Shown here: one piece after another, positions 38,977 through 51,053 of the stretch | Layout: the number at the start of each line of letters is the position of its first letter | Numbering within the stretch: the first letter of the stretch is position 1 | Source of the DNA: Bacillota bacterium | GTDB taxonomy: Bacteria; Bacillota; Negativicutes; JBAXTZ01 | DNA: 64,000 nt | Direction: 5' to 3' | Assembly (NCBI GenBank): GCA_037129925.1 | Contig: JBAXTZ010000002.1 | Span: 19,273 to 83,272 of the forward strand | Program-made: the position numbers and the translations under genes | The notes under the pieces: model-generated | Database searches by the model: none | What the model was told of the DNA's origin: nothing | Seen by the model: only the letters and a program-made list of their open reading frames with translations

Positions 38977-38983
38977 GGTTAAG

Positions 38984-40015
38984 ATGCAGGAAAAACTGAT
39001 TGATATAGTTAAGCAAGTAGCAAAAGAAAAAAATATTAGCGCCGAAGTAATAATTGAAGCGCTTGAAGCATCGTTAATTATGGCCTATAAGCGCAATTTT
39101 GGCTCAGCAAATAATATTCGGATAGTCAATAGCGATGGCGACTGGCGGATATTTGCGACTAAGGTTGTCGTGGACGCTGTTGTTGACGCGAAATTTGAAA
39201 TTGATTTGGCAAGCGCCCAAAAAATCAACGTGAAATTTGCGTTAGGCGATGAAATCGATCTGGAAGTAACTCCGAAAGATTTTGGACGCATCGCAGCACA
39301 AACTGCCAAACAAGTCATTATTCAGCGATTGCGTGATGCTGAACGGAATGTAATCTATGATGAATACACCAATCGGGAAAACGATATTTTGTCCGGGAAG
39401 ATTAGCAGGGTTGATCAAAAAAACGTCCATATTGATTTGGGGCGTACCGAGGCAGTTTTAGCACCAAGTGAGCAAATACCCGGCGAACGCTATGTTTTGG
39501 GCGAGCGAATTAAGGCTTATGTACTCGAAGTTCGTAAAGTATCTAAAGGACCGCAAATTATGGTTTCGCGTACCCATCCAGGACTGCTTAAGCGACTGTT
39601 GGAATTAGAGGTTCCGGAAATAAAAGAAGGGGTTGTTGAGATTAAAGCAATTTCGCGCGAGCCCGGCTCACGCTCAAAAGTTGCAGTATTTTCGAGAAAT
39701 CCCGAAGTCGATTCGGTCGGAGCCTGTATTGGACACAAAGGCTCTCGCGTGCAGATGATAGTCAATGAACTACATGGCGAAAAAATGGATGTCATCCGCT
39801 GGTCGGAAGATGTCGCTGAATATATTGCCGGAGCGCTTAGTCCGGCCAAAGTAATTTCTGTAACGGTTAATGCTGTCGAAAAAACTTCGCGAGTCGTTGT
39901 TCCAGATTTCCAACTAAGTTTAGCAATCGGCAAAGAAGGTCAGAATGCCAGGCTTGCCGCAAAACTTACCGGCTGGAAAATTGACATCAAAAGCGAGTCG
40001 CAGGTCTCTGAGTAG
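38984..40015 (+). CDS. nusA: Transcription termination factor NusA
   Basis: FGRIAAQTAKQV, S1, KH domains, AIGKEGQNARLAAKLTGW. Confidence 0.98.
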   Translation: MQEKLIDIVKQVAKEKNISAEVIIEALEASLIMAYKRNFGSANNIRIVNSDGDWRIFATKVVVDAVVDAKFEIDLASAQKINVKFALGDEIDLEVTPKDFGRIAAQTAKQVIIQRLRDAERNVIYDEYTNRENDILSGKISRVDQKNVHIDLGRTEAVLAPSEQIPGERYVLGERIKAYVLEVRKVSKGPQIMVSRTHPGLLKRLLELEVPEIKEGVVEIKAISREPGSRSKVAVFSRNPEVDSVGACIGHKGSRVQMIVNELHGEKMDVIRWSEDVAEYIAGALSPAKVISVTVNAVEKTSRVVVPDFQLSLAIGKEGQNARLAAKLTGWKIDIKSESQVSE

Positions 40016-40023
40016 GGGGATAG

Positions 40024-40281
40024 ATGAAACACATTCCCGAGAGAATATGCGTCGGGTGCGGCGCCAAATTTCCCAAACGAGACCTGATAAGAATAGTTTT
40101 AACGCCCGATGGTGAAGTTGCCATTGATGATAATGGCAAGGCGCCGGGACGGGGGGCATATGTTTGTGATAATGAACAATGCATAAAGACGGCTATTAGT
40201 AAAAAAAAGTTAGAGCGTTCGTTAAAGAGCTCTGTTACTGTTGAAATAAAGGAGCAGCTTGTTAATCACGAAAGAAAATAA
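40024..40281 (+). CDS. ylxR: YlxR (DUF448) family protein
   Basis: PERICVGC, GRGAYVC; operon position. Confidence 0.93.
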   Translation: MKHIPERICVGCGAKFPKRDLIRIVLTPDGEVAIDDNGKAPGRGAYVCDNEQCIKTAISKKKLERSLKSSVTVEIKEQLVNHERK

Positions 40282-40591
40282 AATCCTTGCGCTGTTGGGA
40301 TTTGCCCAAAAGGCCGGAAAAATTCACAGCGGCGATACAGCAGTTTTGGCAGCGCTTGAATCAAGAAAAACGAAGCTGGTATTAATGGCGCATGACGCTG
40401 CTGACAGTACCAGAGATAAACTTATCAAACAATGCGCGAGTGATCGCGTCAAACTTATTGAAATATCCAACAAAGACGGTTTGGGAAGCGCTATAGGAAA
40501 AGCCCAGCGTGCCGCCGTCGCAATAACCGATCGAAATTTCGCGCAAGCGATATTAAAACGGTACGAGGATGACTCGGAGGTGTGTCAGTAA
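40259..40591 (+). CDS. ylxQ: L7Ae-family RNA-binding protein
   Basis: LLGFAQKAGK..SG, LGSAIGK; position before infB. Confidence 0.9.
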   Translation: MLITKENKILALLGFAQKAGKIHSGDTAVLAALESRKTKLVLMAHDAADSTRDKLIKQCASDRVKLIEISNKDGLGSAIGKAQRAAVAITDRNFAQAILKRYEDDSEVCQ

Positions 40592-43537
40592 ATGCGCATA
40601 TATGACTATGCCAAGAAAATGGAAATCGAGAATAAATTGATTTTAGAGGCTTTGGAAAACAATGGTGTTATCGGAAAAAAATCATCGAATAGCTTAAGTG
40701 CTGATGAAATTAAGTTGTTAGACGGTGTTTTTTCTGGATCAGTCTCAAAAACTGAATCAAAAGCTACAGAGACTGTGGCAATTGAGACGCGGACTGCCCA
40801 GCAGCCGGGCGCGCCTGTTCGGCGTGTTACGATTGGTTTAGATACAAAACACCGTTATGATTCCCGAAAAATTTTGGAAATCAATGCTCGGTTAAGCAAT
40901 GCTCATGAACGGCAAGCTGTAGCCACAGCACAACCGCCGACGATGACTCGAGAACAGCGTGAATGGCAGGAAAAACAAAAAATGGAGCAACAAAAATCGG
41001 TGACCGATACAGTAAGCCCGACAAAACCTGTCGAAGTCGTAAGCGAAGCTCCAGTGGTTAAGCCGACGATAGTTGTTAAGAATTCCGGTGAAAATACCGC
41101 GTCCCGAGATCAATTACCGCCTCAGGATCATCAGCTACCAAGTGAAGCACGACAACCTGAGCTTGTAAAACCTCCGGAGCAACCGACGCGTCCATTATAT
41201 AATCACAATCCGCGACCTTATGATCCGAACGGTACTATTCCGTCAAAGCCAGGTTGTCAACCTGGACGGATGGACAGCCGTCCTTATCAAAGTAATCCGA
41301 TTGTTAGTAATCAACGTCCTCCATACCAAAACAATACTTCGACAGGTACAAGTGGTGGGTATCAAGGTGGACAGCGACCGCCGTATCAAAGCAACAATGC
41401 ATCCGGTACTGGCGGATATCAAGGCGGACAGCGGCCGCCGTATCAAAGTAACAATACATCCGGCACTGGCGGTTATCAAGGCGGTCAGCGTCCGCCGTAT
41501 CAAAGCGGTCCGCGACCGGCGTTTGGACAAAATCGTCCGCCGTTTGATAAAGATAAAGACGGTGATGCAAAACCCCAGTACAATAGCACTCGTCGTCCGA
41601 CAAAACCGGCTGCAACGCCTGAAATAGCCGCGCTCAATAAAGCGCCGCGCAAGAGCAATAATGTCATCGATAAGAATAAGAAATTCGGTGATAAACGCGA
41701 TAAACGCGCAGAAAATGCTACTAAACTTGATAAACACTATCGCGGTCGCAATCAGCGCACCAACTATGTTCAGACGACACAAAAAATTGATACTCGCCCC
41801 AAAAATATCAAAATTCTTGGTAACATTGCTGTAAACGAATTTGCTTCCAAAATGGGCGTAACCTCCAGCCAAGTAATTATGAAATTGATGAAACATGGTA
41901 TTATGGCGACCCTTAATCAAGAGATTGATTTGGAAACAGCAATGGTAGTTGGCGAAGATTTCGGTGTGACTGTTGAAGAGTTGCCACCGGAGGCTGATCC
42001 GACTGAAATCATCGAAATAGTCGATTCTGCCGCTGACTTGATGGTGCGTCCGCCGGTTGTAACCGTAATGGGTCATGTTGATCATGGTAAAACTTCATTA
42101 CTTGACGCTATTCGTTCTACAAGAGTGGTAGCCGGCGAAGCCGGTGGGATAACCCAACACATCGGAGCCTATCAGGTTACTTGTCATGGAAAGAAAATTG
42201 CATTTTTGGATACCCCGGGACATGAAGCATTCACTGCAATGCGTGCCAGGGGCGCTCAGGCTACCGATATAGCGATTTTGGTTGTAGCGGCCGACGATGG
42301 TGTTATGCCACAGACTATTGAGGCGATAAATCATGCCAAAGCCGCCGGAGTACCGGTAATCGTTGCAATAAACAAGATGGACAAGGAAGGCGCAAATCCT
42401 GAACGAGTAAAGCAACAGTTGACCGAATATGGTCTACAATCCGAGGATTGGGGTGGCGAGACAATCATGGTTCCGGTTTCAGCGCAAAAGCGTACCGGTA
42501 TCAATGAGTTGTTAGAGATGATTCTTTTAGTCGCTGAAATGAACGATTATCAAGCAAATCCAAATCGTCCGGCGCAAGGTATAGTCATTGAGGCGCAGTT
42601 AGATAAAGGGCGTGGTCCGGTAGCAACAATAATGGTTCAAAAAGGAACCCTGCATATTGGTGACACGGTAATTGCCGGTTCTGCTTATGGTAATGTCCGC
42701 GCGATGTTCAACGATCGCGGTGAGCGTATTAAAAAGGCCGGTCCTTCAGTACCAGTAGAAATACTTGGTTTGAACAATGTTCCAGATGCCGGCGACACTG
42801 TTTTGTGCGTAGATGAAAAAATCGCCCGTGCTGTTGCTGACAAGCGGTCGGCTAAGCGGAGAATGGACGAACAACGGTCAACTGCTAAAGTTTCGCTCGA
42901 AGATTTGTTTAAGCAAATTCAAGATGGAAACTTAAAAGATCTGAATATCGTAGTTAAGGCCGACGTTCAGGGTTCAGTTGAAGCGCTTAAACAGTCGCTG
43001 GAAAAAATAACCAGCGAAGAAGTACGAGTTAATATCGTACACGCTGCTGTTGGCGCAATCACTGAGTCAGATGTGAATTTGGCCGCAGCTGCCAACGCTT
43101 ATATCATTGGCTTCAGCGTTCGACCGGATAATAACGCTCGTAAAGCTGCGGAAGAAAAGAATGTAGACATTCGCATGTATCGCGTAATATATGATGCAAT
43201 AAATGACGTTGAGACTGCCATAAAAGGAATGCTGGCGCCGAGATTCAAAGAAGTTATCCAGGGTAAAGTTGAAATTCGCAAGGTGTATGATACATCCAAG
43301 GGAATATTTGCCGGCTGTTACGTCCTTGAAGGCAAGGTTACTAATCAATCCAGTGTTCGATTGGTTCGTGAAAATATTGTATTGCATGAAGGCAAGGTAG
43401 ATTCTTTGCGACGCTTTAAGGATGATGTCAAAGAGGTCGCCACTGGATATGAGTGCGGCATTGTTTTAGCAAAATTCCGCGAAATTCATGAAGGTGATGT
43501 ACTGGAAGTCTTCATCATGGAAGAAATCGCACGCTAA
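40592..43537 (+). CDS. infB: Translation initiation factor IF-2
   Basis: [27 protein letters not shown]. Confidence 0.98.
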   Translation: MRIYDYAKKMEIENKLILEALENNGVIGKKSSNSLSADEIKLLDGVFSGSVSKTESKATETVAIETRTAQQPGAPVRRVTIGLDTKHRYDSRKILEINARLSNAHERQAVATAQPPTMTREQREWQEKQKMEQQKSVTDTVSPTKPVEVVSEAPVVKPTIVVKNSGENTASRDQLPPQDHQLPSEARQPELVKPPEQPTRPLYNHNPRPYDPNGTIPSKPGCQPGRMDSRPYQSNPIVSNQRPPYQNNTSTGTSGGYQGGQRPPYQSNNASGTGGYQGGQRPPYQSNNTSGTGGYQGGQRPPYQSGPRPAFGQNRPPFDKDKDGDAKPQYNSTRRPTKPAATPEIAALNKAPRKSNNVIDKNKKFGDKRDKRAENATKLDKHYRGRNQRTNYVQTTQKIDTRPKNIKILGNIAVNEFASKMGVTSSQVIMKLMKHGIMATLNQEIDLETAMVVGEDFGVTVEELPPEADPTEIIEIVDSAADLMVRPPVVTVMGHVDHGKTSLLDAIRSTRVVAGEAGGITQHIGAYQVTCHGKKIAFLDTPGHEAFTAMRARGAQATDIAILVVAADDGVMPQTIEAINHAKAAGVPVIVAINKMDKEGANPERVKQQLTEYGLQSEDWGGETIMVPVSAQKRTGINELLEMILLVAEMNDYQANPNRPAQGIVIEAQLDKGRGPVATIMVQKGTLHIGDTVIAGSAYGNVRAMFNDRGERIKKAGPSVPVEILGLNNVPDAGDTVLCVDEKIARAVADKRSAKRRMDEQRSTAKVSLEDLFKQIQDGNLKDLNIVVKADVQGSVEALKQSLEKITSEEVRVNIVHAAVGAITESDVNLAAAANAYIIGFSVRPDNNARKAAEEKNVDIRMYRVIYDAINDVETAIKGMLAPRFKEVIQGKVEIRKVYDTSKGIFAGCYVLEGKVTNQSSVRLVRENIVLHEGKVDSLRRFKDDVKEVATGYECGIVLAKFREIHEGDVLEVFIMEEIAR
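41312..41506 (+). repeat. Coding tandem repeat (57-60 bp, [19 protein letters not shown]) in the IF-2 N-terminal region
   Basis: About 3.5 copies visible in both DNA and protein. Confidence 0.9.
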
Positions 43538-43547
43538 TCTAATAATC

Positions 43548-43575
43548 AGCCTCCTGCATTCAGGAGGCTTTTTTG
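43548..43575 (+). terminator. Intrinsic terminator-like hairpin after infB
   Basis: agcctcctg-catt-caggaggct plus T run. Confidence 0.8.
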
Positions 43576-43587
43576 TAAGGAGTTATT

Positions 43588-43935
43588 GTGAGTCAGTTAA
43601 GAGTAGAGAAAGTGCAAGAATTTATCAAGCAGGAAATTAGTAGTATACTTATCGACGGACTAAAAGACCCGCGTGTCGGTTTTGTAACTGTCACCCGCGT
43701 AGAGTGTTCACGCGATTTGCGATTGGGAAAAGTATTTTTTTCGGTACTGGGTGATAAAACTAAGCGAGCCAGTACCATGGAGGCATTGAATCACGCTAAG
43801 GGGTATATTCGTAGTACAGTTGGCAAAGCGTTGAATATTCGCTTTACGCCGGAATTGGCATTTCATTTGGATGAATCGCTGGATGCTGGCGAAAATATTC
43901 AACGGCTGTTGAATGAAGCTAATAATAAGGTATAA
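43588..43935 (+). CDS. rbfA: Ribosome-binding factor A
   Basis: LKDPRVGFVTVTRV, RFTPELAF..D. Confidence 0.96.
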   Translation: MSQLRVEKVQEFIKQEISSILIDGLKDPRVGFVTVTRVECSRDLRLGKVFFSVLGDKTKRASTMEALNHAKGYIRSTVGKALNIRFTPELAFHLDESLDAGENIQRLLNEANNKV

Positions 43936-43940
43936 CGAAT

Positions 43941-44933
43941 ATGAATGAACGACTAGTTAATAACGCAAGACGTGCTGGTTGTGCAATAAATGAGGCGACA
44001 AGCTTCGTTTTGACAACACATTTAAACCATGATGCTGATGGTATCGGGTCGATGCTAGCGCTTTATCATGTATTAATTGGTCTGAACAAAAAAGTTCGGA
44101 TGGTCTTAAATGAACCGTTTTCAGAAAATCTAACTTTTTTGGAAGGCTATGAAGCTATAGAAAATTGTGCAGGACAGAGTATTAGTTGTGATTTGCTAAT
44201 AGTTCTGGATATTGATTGCGCCGACTTAAACAGACGCGGGACAAAAGGCTCCAGAATCGATTATCGTCAGTTGTTTTGCATTGATCATCATGCTTCAAAT
44301 CGTTGCGCGTCAATATTGTGTTTAGTCGATACTACTGTAGCGGCAACTGGTGAGTTATTGTATGATTTGCTAGGATTAGCAAGCATTAATATTAACAAAA
44401 TTGTCGCTGATTGTTTGTTTGTGGCAATTTCGACTGATTGCGGAAGTTTTCGCTATTCCAACACAACTTCTAAAACCATGCGAATCGCAGCGGCACTGAT
44501 CGATAAAGGCGTGCGACCGGAAATATCTAACGAAGCAATAGAATCTAAATCATTTGCGAATACAATTGCTTTATCCAAAATACTCAGTTCTTTGGAAATA
44601 TTTGAAGAGCATATTGTAGTTTTGACTATCAATAATGAGTTATTAGTATCATTGGATGATGATTCCGACAACTATGTTGATTATGCCCGTAAGGTTACGG
44701 GTTGTAATGCGGCGGTGCTGTTCAAAGAAGTAAAACCACGACTGATAAAACTTAGCTTGCGACTAAAATATTCTAACGCGGCAAAATTTTCCGAACGTTA
44801 TGGTGGTGGCGGTCATGCCCGAGCGGCAGGATTTAGCATTACCGGTGATCTTTATGAAATTAAAGCGAAAATTATTGAAGAATTAAAGGACTATCTTCGC
44901 CAAACAGATAGGCAGCTGAAAAAAAAATGCTAA
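43941..44933 (+). CDS. nrnA: DHH/DHHA1 phosphoesterase (NrnA-like)
   Basis: H..DADGIGS, IDHH, TDCGSF, GGGGHARAAG. Confidence 0.9.
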   Translation: MNERLVNNARRAGCAINEATSFVLTTHLNHDADGIGSMLALYHVLIGLNKKVRMVLNEPFSENLTFLEGYEAIENCAGQSISCDLLIVLDIDCADLNRRGTKGSRIDYRQLFCIDHHASNRCASILCLVDTTVAATGELLYDLLGLASININKIVADCLFVAISTDCGSFRYSNTTSKTMRIAAALIDKGVRPEISNEAIESKSFANTIALSKILSSLEIFEEHIVVLTINNELLVSLDDDSDNYVDYARKVTGCNAAVLFKEVKPRLIKLSLRLKYSNAAKFSERYGGGGHARAAGFSITGDLYEIKAKIIEELKDYLRQTDRQLKKKC

Positions 44934-45805
44934 ATGGCGTGATAAATATCCTCAAGCCGCCGGGAATGACTTCACACGACATCGTTTCCGTGGTGCGTCG
45001 CGCAACTGCGACAAAGCGCGTCGGTCATTCTGGAACACTAGATCCGGCGGCAGCCGGTGTGCTGCCGGTTTTTGTCGGTAGTGCAGCGCGGTTTATCGAG
45101 TATTTTCCGACTGATAAACAGTATTTGACCGAAATTATTTTTGGCTGCGCCACTGATACCTGCGACGATACGGGGATGGTAATCGATAGTTGCCAAACCC
45201 TTCCAGAAATCGATCCAGTTAAGCTCCAACTTGCTCTACAGGATTTTACTGGTAAAATCAGCCAGCAGCCACCAATCTATTCGGCAATTAAAGTTGATGG
45301 CAAAAAACTATACGAATATGCCCGAGACGGTCAAGATGTTATAATTAAACAGCGCGCTGTTTCCATCGACAGCATATTGTTACTCGGAGTCGAAGGCAAT
45401 ATTGCCAGAATCTGTGTGAATTGTTCAAGCGGTACTTATATTCGTTCACTATGCCGGGATGTAGGCCGGGCTATGAATCTACCTTCGATGATGGGTTTTT
45501 TGTTGCGAAGCGCGGTGGGGGAATTCCCATTGACAAATACTGTGACTATCGAACAAGTTGTTGATAATGTCCAAAAACATATCACCCCTGTTGAACGATT
45601 ATTGGAGTGTTTTCTGCCCAAGGTATCCTTATCTAGCGCTAACGCGTTACTGTTCCAAGATGGAATACGCAAAACAGTTTCCGAATCCGATACCGAAGTG
45701 TGTATTGTAGTCGGTGAGCCGGACGTTTTTTGCGGAATTGCCAGTGTAGAGCGCGGAATGCTTATACCAAAAAAAGTTGTGCGCAATATCCTGGCGGCAA
45801 AATGA
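44927..45805 (+). CDS. truB: tRNA pseudouridine(55) synthase
   Basis: GMTSHD, GHSGTLDP, PPIYSAIK, GTYIRSL. Confidence 0.97.
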   Translation: MLNGVINILKPPGMTSHDIVSVVRRATATKRVGHSGTLDPAAAGVLPVFVGSAARFIEYFPTDKQYLTEIIFGCATDTCDDTGMVIDSCQTLPEIDPVKLQLALQDFTGKISQQPPIYSAIKVDGKKLYEYARDGQDVIIKQRAVSIDSILLLGVEGNIARICVNCSSGTYIRSLCRDVGRAMNLPSMMGFLLRSAVGEFPLTNTVTIEQVVDNVQKHITPVERLLECFLPKVSLSSANALLFQDGIRKTVSESDTEVCIVVGEPDVFCGIASVERGMLIPKKVVRNILAAK

Positions 45806-45826
45806 TTACAGCTTGAGGTTGATAAA

Positions 45827-46753
45827 ATGAAAATATTTTCGCAATTGGAGCAATTTCCAACCGACCGACCGATATATTTAACTATTGGTAGTTATGATGG
45901 AATTCATGTTGGTCATCAACACATAATTTCGGCAATGGTGCTTACAGCACAGGAAAATAACGGCTGCGCAGTGGTTCTGACTTTTTCCAATCATCCGTTA
46001 ACAGTTATTAATCCGCGGCGCGGACCAAAATTGATTTTGACAAGTGATGAAAAGAAACAGCGGTTGTCAAAACTTGGCGTGGATGCGATTATTGACTTGC
46101 CGTTTACTAAGGAACTCGCGGAAATTTCCGGTTCTGAGTTTTCAGAATTGATTAAGAAGTATTTGCGACCGCGTGAGATTTTTGTCGGACCGGATTGCAC
46201 CTTTGGCAAGAACGGTGAGGGCAGCCCAGAACTGCTTCGAAAAGCCGGATTGAACGTGTCAATTTTCCCAGCAGTACAGTTTGATGGCCACGCGGTCAGT
46301 AGTACGGCAATCCGTAACATGATTGCCCAAGGGAAAATGAACCGGGTCGCGCAAATGCTTGGACGGGCGTATACTTTGTCGGGAATTGTTGTCGATGGCT
46401 TGAAACGCGGTCGCGGTTTGGGATATCCGACAATTAACGTTGACTTTCCAGTGAGCAAAGTTGAACCGGCATTTGGTGTCTACGTGGCACGGGTTAATAT
46501 TGCCGGTACATTATATGCTGGTGTTGCGAATTATGGCATGAGTCCTACGATAGATGTCAATAAGTTGCGGTTGGAAGTGTTCATCTTTGATTTTGATCAA
46601 ATGATCTATGGTGAATATGTTGAAGTGCAACTGCTGAAGATGATTCGCACCGAGGCAGTATTTGATTCTATTGCTGACCTTAAAGCCCAGATGCGGGAAG
46701 ATGTTGAACAAGCTAAACGTTACTTGCAAAATATTCAACGTCAACAACAATAA
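45827..46753 (+). CDS. ribF: Bifunctional riboflavin kinase/FAD synthetase
   Basis: [27 protein letters not shown]. Confidence 0.96.
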   Translation: MKIFSQLEQFPTDRPIYLTIGSYDGIHVGHQHIISAMVLTAQENNGCAVVLTFSNHPLTVINPRRGPKLILTSDEKKQRLSKLGVDAIIDLPFTKELAEISGSEFSELIKKYLRPREIFVGPDCTFGKNGEGSPELLRKAGLNVSIFPAVQFDGHAVSSTAIRNMIAQGKMNRVAQMLGRAYTLSGIVVDGLKRGRGLGYPTINVDFPVSKVEPAFGVYVARVNIAGTLYAGVANYGMSPTIDVNKLRLEVFIFDFDQMIYGEYVEVQLLKMIRTEAVFDSIADLKAQMREDVEQAKRYLQNIQRQQQ

Positions 46754-46800
46754 TTTCCGTCGGGGTAAATAAATGTTATGAAGTGATTCTGGAGGAAAAA

Positions 46801-49575
46801 ATGGATTATAGTAAAACACTGAATTTGCCGCAAACGGAGTTCCCGATGCGCGGTAATCTTCCGGAACGTGAACCGGAAATTCTTAGCGAGTGGTATGCCC
46901 GGAAAACCTATGAGCAAATTCAAGCGAAAAATCGGGACTGCGAGTCGTTCATTTTACATGACGGACCGCCTTATGCTAATGGTAAAATTCATATGGGTAC
47001 AGCGCTTAATAAGACGTTAAAAGATATTGTTGTGAAATACAAGTCTTTGCGCGGTTTTAGTGCGCCATATGTTCCGGGTTGGGACACTCACGGTATGCCG
47101 ATTGAACACGCTGCAATAAAGATTTTAGGACTAAATCGTCATGAGCTGAACCCTCTGGATCTGCGGGCTCAGTGTCGGGAATACGCGTTGGGTTGTGTCG
47201 ATGATCAGCGGGCGGATTTCAAACGCTTGGGAGTGCTTGGAGATTGGGACAATCCTTATATTACACTGTTGCCGGGCTATGAACGCAGTCAAATAGAAGT
47301 GTTCGGCGAAATGGCATATAAAGGTTATATATATAAAGGACTAAAGACGGTTTATTGGTGTGCTACGTGTGAGACTGCGCTTGCGGAAGCCGAAATTGAA
47401 TATGCTGAACGAAAATCTCATGCCCTCTATGTCAAGTTTCTTTTGAATGATGACTTGGGCAGGCTTCCGTCAGTAATAGACAAACAGTCCATATATGCTG
47501 TTATTTGGACGACTACGCCATGGACACTTCCGGCTAATGCCGGTATTGCAGTCAATGCTGATTTTGACTACAATTTGGTACGAGTGGGTGAAGAAATATA
47601 CTTAATTGCTACCGGGCTGTTAGCAACTGTGGCAATAGATGCTAAACTTGGTGAATATGAAGTTGTCGGCACTGTTAAAGGTTCAGAACTGGAGGGTATG
47701 AAATTTCATCATCCGTTTCTGGAGCGGATTGTGCCGGTTATTTGTGGCGAACATGTTACACTAGAAGCTGGTACTGGTTGCGTCCACACCGCGCCTGGTC
47801 ATGGCCAGGAGGATTTTGAAGTTGGTAAGAAATACAATCTCCCGGTAATCAATCCGGTCGATCATGCCGGTTGTTTTACCAAAGACGGCGGTGAATACGC
47901 CGGTTTGAAAACTGATGATGCCAATGTGCCGATTATCAAAACATTAGCAGCGGCCAACAGATTGTTGGCAAAAGGTTCAATCCGGCACTCGTGTGCGCAC
48001 TGTTGGCGCTGCAAATCACCGATCATTTATCGGGCTACTGAACAATGGTTTGCATCGGTTGAAGGTTTCCGCCAAATGGCATTAGCTGAAATTGCCAAGG
48101 TTAACTGGATACCGGCTTGGGGAAAAGACCGGATGACGAATATGGTTACCGACCGCCAGGATTGGTGTATTTCGCGGCAGCGAATTTGGGGTGTACCCAT
48201 CCCGATATTTTACTGCAATGATTGCGGTGAACACATTGTTACTCCCGCTACTATTGCTGTTGTTGCCGAGTTGTTTGGCAAAGAAACCGGCGATGCCTGG
48301 TGGAAGTATTCTGCCGCAGAAATATTACCGGCGGATTTCAGTTGTCCGCATTGTCTGGCTGCTAACGGTTTTCGTAAAGAAACCGATATTATGGATGTTT
48401 GGTTTGATAGTGGTTCATCCCACGTTGCAGTATTGGAGCAACGCCCTGAACTAACTCGACCGGCAGATTTGTATCTTGAAGGTAGTGACCAACATCGCGG
48501 CTGGTTCCAGTCGTCATTGTTGACCGGAGTGGCAGCTCGTGGCAATGCCCCGTACAAAACTGTGTTAACACACGGGATGGTAGTCGATGGCGAAGGCAAA
48601 AAAATGTCAAAATCTATCGGCAACACAGTTTCGCCGCAGGACGTTATCGCCAAATTCGGAGCGGATATTTTGCGATTGTGGGTATCATCTGCCGATTACA
48701 CTAACGACATCCGGCTCTCTGACAAAATATTAAAACAGTTAACGGAGTCCTATCGCAAAATCCGCAATACTTTCCGCTACTTATTAAGCAATCTTTATGA
48801 CTTCGATCCATTGATAGACACAGTCAGTTACGACCAGCTTACGGAATTGGATCGTTGGGCGTTAAGTGAACTGGAGCAAGTAAAAAATGAAGTTGTTTCA
48901 GCTTATGACGCGTATGAGTTTCATAATCTATATCATACGATCCACAATTTTTGCGCTGTAGAAATGAGTGGCATCTATCTAGATATAATTAAGGATCGAT
49001 TGTATACGGAAAAGCCGGGTTGTCGCAAACGTCGGGCTGCACAAACTGTTATGAACGAAGTGCTAAATACGTTAGTCGTGATTTTCGCGCCAGTATTAAG
49101 CTTTACCGCTGAAGAAGTATGGCGTTTTCTGCCGGAGTTGACTGGTCGGCCGGAAAGTGTTCTGTTGACCAATTGGCCAGCGGCAAAACCGGAACAACTT
49201 GATTTGGAGTTGATGCAAAAGTGGCGCAAGCTACTGGAAATCCGCAGTGCTGTGACGAAAACCTTAGAAGAAGCGCGTCGGGAAAAAGTAATTGGTCATT
49301 CACTTGATGCGGCAGTTGATTTGTATGCAGATAACGAAGAATATAGCATTCTTGAACCATTGACAGAATTTTTGCACGAATTTGTCATTACTTCTAAAGT
49401 TAGGCTTCATCAGGGAATTCCAAGTGATGCGAAATTGCCTGAAGGTATTCAAGTTGTAGTACATGTCGAAGCGGCAGCTGGCACCAAATGTGAACGGTGC
49501 TGGATTTATTCGGAAACTGTAGGATTATCAAGTGAACATCCAACATTGTGCAGTCGTTGTGCAAATGTTGTATAA
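46801..49575 (+). CDS. ileS: Isoleucine--tRNA ligase
   Basis: [19 protein letters not shown]-terminal CERCW...C..C zinc finger; GGAGG RBS. Confidence 0.98.
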   Translation: MDYSKTLNLPQTEFPMRGNLPEREPEILSEWYARKTYEQIQAKNRDCESFILHDGPPYANGKIHMGTALNKTLKDIVVKYKSLRGFSAPYVPGWDTHGMPIEHAAIKILGLNRHELNPLDLRAQCREYALGCVDDQRADFKRLGVLGDWDNPYITLLPGYERSQIEVFGEMAYKGYIYKGLKTVYWCATCETALAEAEIEYAERKSHALYVKFLLNDDLGRLPSVIDKQSIYAVIWTTTPWTLPANAGIAVNADFDYNLVRVGEEIYLIATGLLATVAIDAKLGEYEVVGTVKGSELEGMKFHHPFLERIVPVICGEHVTLEAGTGCVHTAPGHGQEDFEVGKKYNLPVINPVDHAGCFTKDGGEYAGLKTDDANVPIIKTLAAANRLLAKGSIRHSCAHCWRCKSPIIYRATEQWFASVEGFRQMALAEIAKVNWIPAWGKDRMTNMVTDRQDWCISRQRIWGVPIPIFYCNDCGEHIVTPATIAVVAELFGKETGDAWWKYSAAEILPADFSCPHCLAANGFRKETDIMDVWFDSGSSHVAVLEQRPELTRPADLYLEGSDQHRGWFQSSLLTGVAARGNAPYKTVLTHGMVVDGEGKKMSKSIGNTVSPQDVIAKFGADILRLWVSSADYTNDIRLSDKILKQLTESYRKIRNTFRYLLSNLYDFDPLIDTVSYDQLTELDRWALSELEQVKNEVVSAYDAYEFHNLYHTIHNFCAVEMSGIYLDIIKDRLYTEKPGCRKRRAAQTVMNEVLNTLVVIFAPVLSFTAEEVWRFLPELTGRPESVLLTNWPAAKPEQLDLELMQKWRKLLEIRSAVTKTLEEARREKVIGHSLDAAVDLYADNEEYSILEPLTEFLHEFVITSKVRLHQGIPSDAKLPEGIQVVVHVEAAAGTKCERCWIYSETVGLSSEHPTLCSRCANVV

Positions 49576-49632
49576 TGTATTCGCGCTGTAAAAATAAATT
49601 CAATCAAAATAATCCTTGGCACAGGTGATAAA

Positions 49633-49962
49633 ATGCCAGATATCCATGATGATGAGCAACATAGCAAGGACAAAAAAGAACTGTTAGCAATAGCTACGCA
49701 ACTAGAAACATTGCTAGACCGTTTTGAAGAATTGAAAATACCGGAGTACGTAGCTTATCTGAATACCAGTCGCAAGTTATTTTGGATAAATTTCGTATCC
49801 GGAGTTTTTCGCGGGATTGGCTATGCTTTTGGCGCCGTTGTTGTTTTCGCGTTGTTTTTGTATGTGCTACAGCAATTAGCCATATCTAACGTGCCATTCA
49901 TCGGAAAATACATTGCGCAAATTGTTTCAATTGTCGAAAACAACGGCTCGTTTAAGCACTGA
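49633..49962 (+). CDS. DUF5665-like small membrane protein
   Basis: EYV.YL...KLFWINFVSGVFRGIG..G..V..VPFIG.YIA pattern; ileS-lspA context. Confidence 0.7.
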   Translation: MPDIHDDEQHSKDKKELLAIATQLETLLDRFEELKIPEYVAYLNTSRKLFWINFVSGVFRGIGYAFGAVVVFALFLYVLQQLAISNVPFIGKYIAQIVSIVENNGSFKH

Positions 49963-49971
49963 AGGTGAATT

Positions 49972-50256
49972 ATGAAGTTTATTTCACGAGGAATAGGCAA
50001 ATTTTTCCGATATTATTTTACTGATTATAATCCGATTTCCGGATTTTGGTCAGAGGCGATATATAGCTGGTGGGAACAACTATTTTGGAATGTGCTTATG
50101 GGAACGCTATTAGGTTTGTTTTACGGATTTATGATTACTTCATTATTCGGTTTGTTAATATGGTTATTGTCAAATTTTGAAACAGTGCCATGGATTAGTC
50201 AATTTATTGATCATTGGATGGAATTACTGCAAGCTCGCAAGCGCTATAACTTTTAG
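49972..50256 (+). CDS. Small membrane protein, divergent paralogue of the upstream gene
   Basis: LFWNVLMG..LG...VPWISQFI aligns by eye to 49633-49962. Confidence 0.6.
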   Translation: MKFISRGIGKFFRYYFTDYNPISGFWSEAIYSWWEQLFWNVLMGTLLGLFYGFMITSLFGLLIWLLSNFETVPWISQFIDHWMELLQARKRYNF

Positions 50257-50270
50257 TTTGGAGAGAATGT

Positions 50271-50561
50271 ATGAAAGGTAGCGTAGCGCGAAGAATTTCG
50301 CACATCAAACACCGTCTGCGCGAGCAGGGACTGATTGATTGTAACAAGATTGTCAAGAATGCTTATCGGATCGGCTACAACAAAGTAAGCGCGTTTATCG
50401 CATATAACTTGGGTTGGTTTGTCGGCGCCGTATGCGTTTTTGCAATATTTTTGTATATCATTGGGTTGTTTGTAAAATACAAGATTCCTTTCTTGCCCGA
50501 TTTTGTAGTCGGTATTCTCGACGTTGTTGATATGCGCCGTAACGGTAGTTGGTCTTGGTAA
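50271..50561 (+). CDS. Small membrane protein, divergent paralogue of 49633-49962
   Basis: GWFVGAVCVFAIFLYII..IPF vs GYAFGAVVVFALFLYVL..VPF. Confidence 0.65.
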   Translation: MKGSVARRISHIKHRLREQGLIDCNKIVKNAYRIGYNKVSAFIAYNLGWFVGAVCVFAIFLYIIGLFVKYKIPFLPDFVVGILDVVDMRRNGSWSW

Positions 50562-50576
50562 GGGGAACGAACAAAA

Positions 50577-51053
50577 ATGAATAGTAGATTTCAATGTGTA
50601 AGTTGGTCGATTGTAATAATTGCAATTGACCAACTTACAAAATATTTAGTTGTCAGTTACATGTATTTGGGGCAGTCGATACCGGTAGTTGGAAAATTAT
50701 TTCATATAACATTTTTGTATAATACCGGAGCGGCATTTTCAATATTGCGAAATCAGATATGGTTGTTGGCGTCACTCGCAATAATCGCTTCAATTTCTTT
50801 GCTATATTTTTTTCCTCGTCTAGCTACGCACGGAAAGCATATGCAGTTAGGAGCGATATTTTTGTTGGGTGGTACTGTGGGAAACCTGATTGACAGACTC
50901 CTTCAGGGAAGCGTTATCGATTTCATCGATTTTCGAATATGGCCGGTCTTCAATGTTGCCGACAGCGCTATTTGTATAGGAGCGGCTTTAGTGGCTTTAT
51001 CGCTATTTCGAGCCAGCGATAGAAATTGTGAGGCTCACGATGAAAAAGTATAA
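50577..51053 (+). CDS. lspA: Lipoprotein signal peptidase II
   Basis: DQLTK, NTGAAFS, GNLIDR, VIDFI, FNVAD. Confidence 0.97.
   Translation: MNSRFQCVSWSIVIIAIDQLTKYLVVSYMYLGQSIPVVGKLFHITFLYNTGAAFSILRNQIWLLASLAIIASISLLYFFPRLATHGKHMQLGAIFLLGGTVGNLIDRLLQGSVIDFIDFRIWPVFNVADSAICIGAALVALSLFRASDRNCEAHDEKV

Noticed and set aside
46754-46800. T-box upstream of ileS
   Set aside because: Only 47 bp separate ribF and ileS, and no T-box motif is present.
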